Source of the DNA: Laetmonice hystrix
Taxonomy: Eukaryota
DNA length: 60,000 nucleotides
Reading direction: 5' to 3'
Assembly (NCBI GenBank): GCA_965235115.1
Contig: OZ249436.1
Location: forward strand, 27,158,001-27,218,000
Below, one piece after another: positions 23,046 to 34,439 of this stretch. The stretch's first letter is position 1; each line of letters opens with the position of its first letter. Position numbers and translations under genes: made by a program. The notes under the pieces are model-generated. The model saw nothing but the letters and a program-made list of their open reading frames with translations, was not told the origin of the DNA and did not search any database.

Positions 23046-24690
23046 GCTGAGAGCTAGCTCAGCTGGTGGATGCCGCCATAGCGTCTGCTAATTCAGCGTC
23101 ATTGGGCCGAACCCAAACTGCACATGCTCGACCTAGGCCTGACCAATCACAAGACCATTGCTCTCCAGTTTGGGAGGAACTAAAAACTGCCGCACCTGTT
23201 GCGTTGAGCGATTAAAAAGCTGTACAAGCCATATTTGTTAGAACATAGACGGAAACCATCGATAGTGATGAGAAATGGCTAGGCGTTATTTAAGGTAATA
23301 TCCCACCGATGGTATCGACCGAAATCTTCAGTTTCCTGCTTACCTGCTCACCACTGACGTAAGTTATGGCACTGATTGTTTTTCATATTGATTCTGTTAA
23401 CACATGCCACGAGTAGATAGCTGTGAAATTCTCCCTAATGGCAGAAAAATGAAAAAACTAGCGGCAGTGTCCGCAAAGTGCGATGAATCCGCCATTTTGG
23501 CCCCTTTTGGCTGCCGCGAATCATTTGAACGGGTCCCATGATCACGTGATCTCGCTCTGATTACTCGAGATGTAAACACGCGCCATTGCCGATCATGGGA
23601 AAGGGTGAAAACACAGCCGGCTGCAAATGCCGGGGTCTCGGATCGAAGTGTGTCATTTTCAGTGACCGCATTAAGAATTGGCGATTTTCTTTCACAAAGT
23701 ATCGGCCAAATCTGTATAAAAAGGCAGGGGAGCCTTGAGGCATATCAGAGAACCGCAATGCAGATATATTTTTGGTGAAACACGATGTATTATTTGAAAT
23801 TCGTGCAATGAAACCTTTAAGGCTATCGATATCAGGGTGTATAGATAATCAGGGTGGACACGGATCTGGGCAGCCGGGGTTCGGCCGCCTGCATTCAATT
23901 CGTCCCACTCGGAGGTGTGATGTTGACGGAGCTCAGCCCCGCTGGCCCCCATTCTGAGTCTGACTACGACCGGGCACTGAGATCCGGGCAGTACGTGTCA
24001 GCACAGGAACCCCAGCACAGACCTGTTGCGTTTAGTTAGCCTTTTCAAAAAGGTTTAGGGCTTCACGGCGAAAACAGAATTAGAATACTGAATAGTCACA
24101 GTGAAAGGGACCTATTTTATCCCGGGTCCCAACGGGAACTGCTGAAAACAGCACAAAATGTTATGGATAATGTCGACATCATAATGTAGTATTAGGCCTA
24201 GTTCTCATAAAAACGTGGAAGTAAAGGAAGACAAATTTAATTTTTTTTTAATTGACAAAACATACTCTTTGCCATTTTTGTACAATATGCAGTGTTTGGA
24301 AGAACATAAACAAATCCCGGATATCGTATGGCCTATCATTAGCCCATCTTATTTTAATCCGTTTATTCCTTCAATCCCCTTACCGTCCTTTCCAGACGCC
24401 GTAGATGAGGACTGTCCGTGTGTGTACCCGGCATCCTAAGTCGGCCTCCCTATAAATTGTCACAGGTGTGGCTCGAGAAAGGGTAGGCCTATCTAGAGGC
24501 GACACATTTTGAGCAAAGTTAGGTTATGTTCTGTCAGCCTATTTCTGAAAACTTATAGACAGCCTCCACTCCATCCCTATAATGATTATACCAAAATTGT
24601 TCCGTCAGTCCTATAATGCAGGCAAAATCCCGTTCAGAACACCTTTCCTAAGCCCCCCCCCCCCAAGCCAGCATGGGGGCCTACAGAGGT

Positions 24691-27600
24691 TCATATGAAG
24701 TAGCTGAGTTCTAACGCCGTCTCGGCTGCTGCAGCTGCGGCAGTGGCACTTGGACACGGGGCCGCAGACGTTGTCACCTCGTAGTTCGCGAGGCTGTCAC
24801 CCTTGGCAACGCTGCCTACGATAATGTCTGTCGTTGTTTCGAGTCTCTCCAACGGACCTCCAGGCGTCACTTTCATCTGCGCAGACAAACAGTGCAGCCG
24901 TAAATACAATGTACATACTGGATACAAATTTTGGTGTGGCCTAGTAGCCCCCCTAATTATATGAAACGTTAACAGCGAACACGACGGACACTGAACCTTT
25001 GAACTAGGAATCGGTCAGAACAGATCCCATCGAGCATTTTAAACACTCTGCTATGGTGGTATGTGACCTGGATGTAATATGGTAATTATTGCAATGTTTT
25101 CACTGATTAATGTGCTATAATACAGCATCTGGGAATGCTAGCATTTAACCTCCATAACAAGCTTTTTATGAATGCCTATGTGCTTCCACCAAGAGGCCTT
25201 CCTTTGTGATAGCCAGAGTAGAGACGTAGGCTAGGCCTATAGTATTGCTATGTGGTCATACATATTATTTTAAGATCTGATACAGAGTCATCATACTGAA
25301 GATGAAAGCTCATCGACTGACCGGAAGAGAAAATATGCACCTTAAGAGTATACCAGAGCTCCATTAGTGTACATCCTTTCAGACCGCTAGGGGGCGTGTC
25401 GGGTACTATGATTTCTTCCCGCCAAAATTGCGTGGCCCCAGGCAAAATCTCGCCCTTCGTTACAGATCTCACGGAGCGCCGTTCGTGTAGATAACGCCTC
25501 TCCGGGGGCTCAAAATACCTTACATGCTGCAAAAATAAACCAAATTTAAAGAATAAAATTATGTATAATGAAATCCCGGGAGGCCTACTTCAGGTGTTTG
25601 CGTTCCTTTGATTGAACCTATTCTTTCCATTGCCTAATGGGTACTAATAATGTAATTCTCATGAATAGGCTACTTTTTACCCTTCAAATTCACTCTATTG
25701 CCACAATCAAGAAAAGTAATAAAAACAAATTTGGAATCACTATACAAACCGTTTGATTTATTTTACCTGGACAAGGGATGCTTTCGCTTGCTTCACTTTC
25801 ATTCGACTTTTGTTGTTGACCTGGCCGTGTATGTGGATGACCTCTCCAGGGACATATCCCATCCGGTCCAGGTGCCAGTTAGCCTGGATGTTTCCCACCA
25901 CACAACACAGCAGGGACTGATCCTGGTGGATCTCACTGAATATCGGCTTCTGTCGATGGCAAGGACACAACAGGTCATCACACACAACAGGTACGTCTAT
26001 ATGGATCTACCTGTTTACGAATCTACTACACAAAAATTCCCCAGATTTGCATTCAATAAATGAATCCGATAAGGTTTATGGGGAAACCACTCAAACCAGT
26101 GTATTCCATCAATATCATTGTAGTGCCCATATTGAACATAATAGTTAGACTTTGTTTATCATTAACGAGTGTTCGGATTGTGAAACATAAAGATTGCTGC
26201 ACCTTTTTAAATACTATACTGAAGGATAAAAGAGGGTACGAATAAAGGTGTTGAAATCATTCTATGAAAGGAAATATTCAACAGACATGTGTAGCGCCCT
26301 CAAATGTAAAAGTTCCTCTAAATATAAAGACGCCATCATATGTAACAAATATTTATAAGAAATGTGAAAACCTGCGTTAAATGTGATAAAAATCTTTCGC
26401 ATATGCAAAAATTGCCTTTCTTAAATGTAAAATAAAATAGATTTAGATTTAGCACATTTTTTTTTACATCTGACGGAAGGTAGTTTACGAACATTTAGAT
26501 TTAGGTCAATTTTTTTACATCTGATGGAAAGTAGTTTTTACATATGACGGCGTTTTTACGTTTATCGGAATTTTTACATAGGGTGCTACAGATGTGCACT
26601 CTACGCCTTTGGTCTCATTGCTCACCAAAGCCTGCGGTAGATGGTTCAAATCCCGAATTGTTCTGACCCGAAATTCCTTTGACGTGGTTTCTTTGCGATG
26701 CCATGGCCGTGTTAAGGTTGCCTGTGATACGTACTGAATATTGCCGTGGTTTGCCGTAAAAGTCGACGGCAGATTGTAAGGTAGCTGGACTTGAAACTGA
26801 AACACCTGTTTCCCCATCGACACGAGGAAATTACTACTAGCGGTATCTGTATAACAACAAATACATAACACGGTAAAATACAATTTTCACAACTTCTGGC
26901 AATAAAAAAAAGAACTTTTCAAATTGTGTAGTCTAACTTGAGTAGAGTCGTACTAGTCTTAGCACATAAAGACTAATAATAATACTATTATCATGACACA
27001 GACAGATTTCGCTTATTCAAAAAAGTATTACCGGTACAATTACTAATCTCATTACTCACCGCGGGTGTACAATGAAATGGTCTGATTGAGGTAGTTTTCC
27101 TCGTGAGGAGTTATTGCCATAGGCGTATCGCGATTTCTTCTTTTCCGCCTCTTCTTTCTTGAACTGGCGTCCTTTTCTTCCTTTAACCTCCAGTTAACCC
27201 TAGCTGTCCCGAAGAACTCAAGCTCCAGACCTTTGGAAAATTAGTTTCACACACTAGAGCTGCATGTTAGCCTTTATGACATTAAAGATGGATGTATGTA
27301 AAAGAGGACGTTTAAGACTTGAATCATACATATAGTCTATTTATTAACCTTGGTTCTAAACTCACAAAAAACAACTTGACGTATTAGCAAAGACCCACTG
27401 AATGCGGGATCATCCGGAGCAAAGAATTTTAACATGCACCAAGCAATCATTGTGTGGTTGAAGAGAAAAATAATGAACGATAATTTCATCCGTTTCGCCA
27501 TTCTTCATTCGACTGGCAATGTGGGTTTTTTTCACACCTCTTTCTTTGGTGCATAAATAATTAACCAGTAATATCCAACCGACTCTTTAAAATTTTTGCC

Positions 27601-27725
27601 TTACTTTCTATCACCATATCTTGGGCCAGATCCAGCTGCACCTCTCCCCGGATTTCTTGTCCCTCATAGTATCCTAGCGCAGGTTCGTTCAAAAAGTGGA
27701 TCTCAAACGTCCTTACAGCGTCCAT
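24691..27725 (-). CDS. ARRDC: Alpha-arrestin / arrestin domain-containing protein (ARRDC-like), 6 exons, 355 aa
   Basis: Exons 27725-27605, 27230-27060, 26846-26626, 25949-25767, 25526-25341, 24876-24691; all GT-AG with consistent phases, 1068 nt total. Arrestin_N/C motifs: YYEGQEIRGEVQL, FQVQLPYNLPSTF..HGNIQY, DRMGYVPGEVIHI..NNKS, VPDTPPS..GC, DIIVGSV. Confidence 0.92.
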
Positions 27726-28799
27726 TTGGTCTTGGGCGACGATTACGGAGTACACCCCTGCTCTCTGACAGTCATCTTCCCTGGGGCGACCTTACACCAG
27801 TCACCATTATTCTCGTGATAACATTTCCACTTTACCGGCGGATCTATATCCTATATACCAGGTGAATCAAGGTCTCCATTTAAAGATATCAGCCTGTATA
27901 CAGTCTCTGGAAAGATCCGGTCCTCAGCTGACCTATTTTCCTTTCTGCCTTCGTCGAGGCACCTGTTTCTTAGATACGCAATCATGCATAGTTTGTTTGT
28001 GAATGCGCCTCTCTTTCCTCAAACAGAACAAGACCGTGCTCATACATAAGAAGGACTGGCCGCCCTCATTATAACTTCGTTATTACTGATACATATCGTT
28101 ACATTCAGACATATGTATTGAGTATGCCTCTTTCAAATAGCGTAAACTCTCCAATCTCCAATACCACACCTTTCTTGCGGTGTAGTACAAGCTGGTGACC
28201 GAGTTAGTCCTTCGCGACTTCCTTGCTGAAGTTGTAGATTTCTAGCTTCAAAATCTCGTTATGTTCGTGGTCCTCCCATGACTTTTCATCCCCAGTGAGG
28301 ACGTCATCTTTGCTGTAACCCTCCCACATACTTGACGTCCTGACTTGACCAAGATTTTGTTGTGTCACTGTGACGCAGACGTTTCTCGACTTCGCTCTCT
28401 GCATGAGTGAGGGCTTCAGACTGAACTCGACAGCGCCACAACCAGAACACCGTTCCGCTACAGTGGGCTCCGAACCAGACGCGAAGAGCTTCATGGGCCC
28501 TGAAAAGTGGACCAGTAGGACTATGATAAATGTACATTAAGTAAGCAGGGCAGTGCATATTTATTTATTTATCCTGGCCTACTTTTCCGTCCAGGCAAGC
28601 ACGGCTGTGGTAAATACCTATATAATAAAGACAAACGTCAAAGAAACACTATAATCAAAATGTACATGTATGCTGTATAGGCTCTACTTAATAATCATGC
28701 ATTTAAGTGGGTACATGATTTAAGTCATGGATACTGATTTGTATTATAAATTGTCTGGGGTTTGGGGGTTACGTGTCGCTCTATAATCTATGTCCCATA

Positions 28800-29316
28800 T
28801 GGGATACCGTTGGTTCTTTTATTCAGCATTTACAGATAGCTTATGAAGATATCTTCAATTCATTTGAAGATATCTTCAATTCATTTGAAGATATATCTTT
28901 AATACATTTCAAGATATCCACAATTCATTTGAACATATCCACAATTCATTTACAGATATCTGGAAATCAGCATCTATACAGATATCTTCAAATGATTTGA
29001 AGATATCTGTAAATGAATTGTGGATATCTGTAATTCAATTGAAGATATCTGTAATTCTTTTTAAGATATCTTTAATAGAATATGTGGATATGTGTTTTGC
29101 AGATATCCCTAAAAGAATTGAAGATATCTTCAAGTCATTTGAGGATACCTTCAATTCATCTTTAAATAGTTGCAGATATCTGTAAATATTTGCAGCTATC
29201 TTTAAATATTTAAAGAGATCTATAAACGAATTGAAGATATCTTCTAATGAATTGAAGATATTTCAAATATTTGAAGATATCTGTAATTGCTGAATAAAAG
29301 TACCAATGGCGTCCCA
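28800..29316. mobile_element. Palindromic MITE with TA target site and GAAGATATCTTCAATTCATTT subrepeats
   Basis: TIR TGGGATACCGTTGGTTCTTTTATTCAGCA versus TGCTGAATAAAAGTACCAATGGCGTCCCA, TA on both flanks. Confidence 0.75.
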
Positions 29317-29414
29317 TAATATCTGCTCATTGAGCTTTCCTTTTCAGTCGGCACCGGTTTTATACTTACATTAATCGACACATGGCCTAGTCTTAGCCAG
29401 TCCCCTCCATCAAG

Positions 29415-30745
29415 GGCTCCAGTGAGGGCTCCCAACATGTGTTGTCTGGCCTTATACTCGTGCAAACACTACAGCGAGGGCTCACCACATGTACTGACTG
29501 GCCTTATACTCTAGTAAACACTACAGGGAGGGCTCTCTACATGTATTGGCTGGACTTGGGCTGGAGCAAACACTACAGTGAGGGCTCCCTATATGTATTG
29601 ACCCGCCCTTCGGCTGGAGCTAACGGTACATGGATTGTACATGGATTGAGTGGCGTCATACTCGAGCAAACTATGTACAGTGAGGGCTCTCTAGATGTAT
29701 TGACCGGACTCAGCCTGGAGCAAACACTACAGTGAGGCCTCCCGACATGTACTGACTGGCCTTATACTCGAGCAAACACTACAGTGATGGCTCCTTACAT
29801 GTATTGACTGCCCTTGGGCTGGAGCAAACACTACAGTGAGGGCTCCCTACATGATTGCATTGACTGCCCTTCGGCTGGACCAAACACTACAGTGAGGGCT
29901 CCCTACATGTATTGACTGATCTTATACTCCAACAGACACTACAGTGAGGGCTCCCTGCATGTATTGACTGATCTTATACTCCAGCAAACACTACAGTGAA
30001 GGCACATATATTGACTGGCCTCAGCTTGGAGCAAATACTACAGTGAGGCGTCCCCACATGTACTGACTGGCCTCAGACTGGAAGCAAACACTACAGTGAG
30101 GGCTGCCCACATGGACTGTCTGGACTTATACTCGAACAAACACTACAGTGAGGGCTCTCTACATGTATTGACTGCCCTTCGGCTGGAGCAAACACTACAG
30201 TGAGGGCTATGTACATGTACTAGCTGGCCTTAGACTGGAGCAAACACTAGAGTGAGGGCCCCTACATGCATGTATTGGCAGGCCTCAGACTGGAGCAAAT
30301 ACTACAGTGAGGGCTGCCCACATGGACTGACTGGCCTTATACTCGAGCAAACACTACAGTGAGGGCTGTCCACATGGACTGACTGGCCTTATACTCGAGC
30401 AAACACTACAGTGAGTGCTCCCAACATCTACTGTCTGGCCTTATACTCGAGCAAACACTACAGTGAGGGCTTACCACATGGACTGACTGACCTTAAACTC
30501 TAGCAAACACTACATTGAGGGCTCTCTACATGTATTGGCTGGCCTTAGACAGGAGCAAACACTAAAGTGATGGCTCCTTACATGTATTGCCTGCCCTTGG
30601 GGTGGAGCAAACATTACAGTGAGGGCTCCCTAATATGTATTGATTGGCCTTTAACTCGAGGAAACACCACAGTGAGGGCTCTATACATGTATTGACTGGC
30701 CTCAGATTGGAGCAAACACTACAGTGAGGGCACTCTACATTACAG
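29415..30745. repeat. Minisatellite, ~52-bp unit, about 25 copies
   Basis: Consensus approximately GAGCAAACACTACAGTGAGGGCTCCCTACATGTATTGACTGGCCTTATACTC. Confidence 0.9.
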
Positions 30746-30884
30746 TACCAGATATCCATACAAACATTGCAATAATGACCTAATACGTTGTGGTGATACC
30801 ACAATGGATCCCATTTTCGGGGTGTCCCGTCCAACATGTTATGAGAAGGGATAACAATGCTGCCATCATGCAACCGGACGACTA

Positions 30885-33170
30885 AGAAGCCTTAGAAGAT
30901 GCAAATTATGTCATTATGACAACTGAATTGTTTAATAGTAACTCTGGTTCTAACCTCAACCATTTACAAGTTATAGCCCTAAGAAAATATAAATGACATC
31001 CTTATGATATCACAGGTCACGTGACCTAAAAAGTAATGTTGTCAAATGAAAGAGCATACCGATCGGGTATGGGCCTAAAAATTTTAGAACACTCTTTTCT
31101 TGACTGTAACTTTTACAATTTTTACCCCAATGTCATAATATATGGAACATGATATCATCTAGTTAATTGGGGCATGTGGTACAAATTTCAGATAAATAGG
31201 TCAAAAATTGCAATGCCGGACCAGGCGTCCTTGGCAGAGTTGGTCCCGCTGTGTCTGGAACACTATAGATTCTACAATTTTCATAGTTTGTCACTGATAT
31301 TTAGGGCATCATGTTGTATAGTTAATAGCCTTTTGTGGTGAAAATTTGGCAGATGGGCCAAAAACTCTTTATGTGGAAACGAATCAAACATCAAATGTCG
31401 AAAAATGCAATGCCGGAGAGCCATATAAGTGTCACCCACCTATTTCAGTTAAAAAGGAAAAGGTGATCGATGTGACCCCCATCCTGTTCACTGTTCACAG
31501 CCCTTAGTCTCTTTTTGAATATCCCGGCTGACTTCCTGACTTCTTCTAGAGTAATTCCTCCCACCTTTCCCGAATTTTCTCCTTCAGTGCGTTCTCGGCG
31601 AATTTGTGTTTGCGACCTTTATATACTTTATTAGACAGGGAATCCCAAATAGTGTAATCTATGGGGGTTAAGTCGGGACTGGCCACCAGTTTTGGGCAAG
31701 GGGCATTTTATACATTTGACGTCACATCATTCAGACACAGTGGCAACAACCCTGCCTTAATTTGGACACACACTAAGAAAACTGGGTCATTCGATGCGAC
31801 GGGACAATTTTCCGCTGGTCCGGCATTGCAATTTTTGACACGAATTTTTAGGAATGGCCCTATTTGTAGAGGTTTTAACCTATTTATCTGAAATTTGCAC
31901 CACAGACCCCATATGATATCATGTTCCAAATATTATGACACTGGGGTAAAAATTATAGAAGTTACAGTCAAGAAAAGAGTGTTCCAAATTTTTTTGGCCC
32001 ACCCGATATATGACTTCCTATTTTTGTGTCTAATAATATCTAGGGCTCTAACTTCAACCAATTACAAGTTATATCCCTGACAAAGTATGGTTGACATCGT
32101 TATGACGTCACAGGTCGCGTGACCTGAAAAATAATGGTGCCAAGTGAAAGAGCATATAGGACTTCCTATTCGTCTTCAATAGTAACTATGGCCCTATCTG
32201 GCACTGTTTAGAAGTTATAGCCATATAGCTAAACTGACCACCGTTGAAAACTTCAAGGTCACGTGATTCAGCGAATATAGGTCAAATCGCTTATCCCTGA
32301 ATGATTCTATTAAAGCACTTGTTAGAAAGTGTTCCTGCCCCATACTGTCAAATTTTACCAAATTCCCAGTTCTCCCAAAGGTCAAAGGTCAAATGAAGGA
32401 TCAATTTTAAGCATGACCCATGCCTGATTATAGCAATGATGGGTTTTGGAAATTCTCAATATGAGCTTTAAAAATGGCCTCAATGTACAAATCACGTATG
32501 ACGTCATGACAAGACGTCACGTGACGTCATGACTGATTGTATGACCTGTCTTTGTCATGGTCAAGGTGTGTATTCATGAACAATTATGGCTCTGTCTTAT
32601 ATCTTTCAAGAGTTACAGCCAGGAATCTTCCAAATGGCCTAACTTTATAACTTGCAGGTCACGTGGTTCAGCGAAAATAGGTCAAATCGTTAAAAATAAT
32701 GGCGCCAAATGAAAGATCATATCACTTCCTATTTGCGTACAATAATAAACATGGCCATTTATGGCAAGCATCTTCGAGTTATAGCCTTATATTGTCACGT
32801 TTTATCAAAAAATGAATAAGTAGGATTTAACCCATTTACGAACTAGGACCCAGTTCTCCCTAAGGTCAAAGGTCAAAGGTCAAAGGAAGGGTCTGTCTTT
32901 GGCAAGACCCTTGCTTAAAATGCCTTGATATATATTGTAAATTCCCAATACGAACTTTAAAAATGGCCCCCAATGTCCCAAAAATTTGACGTCATGACGT
33001 TACGTCACGTGACGTCATGAGTCATTGTCTGACCAGACTTCGTTATAGTCAAGATGCCTACCAAGTTTGGTTGAGATATCTTGAAAAATGACTGAGACAG
33101 ACATAGTGTTTACAACTACTACACAAAGACAATTTCAAAATCCCCTCCCCTCCGTGGGGATGTGATAATA
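30885..33170 (-). mobile_element. Diverged inverted member of the same HINE-like family
   Basis: Minus strand from 33170 reads TTATTATCACATCCCCACGGAGGGGAGGGGATTTTGAAATTGT..AGTAGTTGTAAACAC..TCTCAGTCATTTTTCAAGATATCTCAACCAAA, then CRE-rich and TGACCTTTGACCT modules as in units 1-5; 3' terminus not found. Confidence 0.75.
31059..32006. mobile_element. Tc1/mariner-type MITE with long (~170-200 bp) inverted repeats, nested in the inverted HINE
   Basis: TCGGGT..GGGCC.AAAAATTT.GAACACTCTTTTCTTGACTGTAACT mirrored at the right end; inserted at TA within GAGCATAT..GACTTCCTATT. Confidence 0.7.
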
Positions 33171-34439
33171 AAGAACGACAACAAACCACTTCATGTTTCA
33201 AATATGTTTTCCTTATTTGTGAACATTATAATCACGCCACTACCTTCATCACATGTACAAAAGAAGAAATAATTTATTATGTAAATTAATTATGTAAATG
33301 ACATGATACTTTCATAATTTGTTTCCAGCATTTTACATTCAAATAATTCTTTGAAATGTCAAACTGAACTAACAAGGACTTTGTATATCATTTAATTATA
33401 ATTATACACAATACATTTATGTAAAAGGCTTAACAGTTGACTTTACATAAACTATTGTGCTTGTACAGATTACAAAAGTCCACAGTCACATGTACAATTT
33501 AAGCCGCGAAATGAACGATTAGGCCTACAATTATGATTACAGAAAGATTGCGATTGCGATTACAGAAAATTTGCAATGGTCGATTACGATTACAGTAATT
33601 ACAAATTATTACGATTCTAATCGTAATCGGCCCCATGGCTGCTCTCATGTACCTAAAGTGAAATCAACCCTGTGTAACAAATAATATCACGTATATTAAT
33701 TATTCAAAACCAGCTAAAACAGAACATCGTGTTGTATTACGCTTGTCATATGTTGTAAACCTTAAAGTTCCGTATTGTTATAACTGAACCATCGCTGCTT
33801 GTTGTGCTTCGATATTTCACTGTGAACACGATGATGCTCGACTACGTGGAAAACATAGCAAGATTGAATGAACCAGGTTACTAATATTGAAACTGAATAA
33901 TCCTGTAGTTTAATTAGGACATAATGATGTATTCGCATCTTCACTTCAGATCAAAATTGCCTCATCAGTGAGAGAAAATATTCTTAACTTGATCCAGCGA
34001 TTCCACTTCTTTATCATATTCAAATAAAATTTCGACCGACCATCATTCTATTTTATCATTCTCACATACACATTCGCTTCAAATTATTTGTTACTGAAAA
34101 AGGCATGAAACTTCGCCAATATACACATATCATATTGTGTTTACAGTAAGCTAACCTATAATCTAATTATTCGGTCAAGTTATGATGCCCCCCCCCCCCT
34201 CCCAACCTCCAGCCTAGAAGAAAATGAGGCTGAACCTAACCTTGGTCTTCAAAAATTCCTTCACCAAACCACAGTATATGGAGATGGCGGTTTTGTGAGA
34301 TTTTCTAGAAAGTCGCCCTATAGAAATATGCTGATGGGTGGGTACTAAGGCGAGAAAACAGCTTTTATAGCTAATGTATAATGTACCCATCAAGAAACAA
34401 ATTGATCGATTGGCAATACCGTGGTTTGCAACAAGAACT

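Noticed and set aside
29415..30745. CRISPR-like array (constant repeat with variable intervening sequence)
   Set aside because: The variable parts are mutually homologous, there are no cas genes and the context is eukaryotic; it is a minisatellite.
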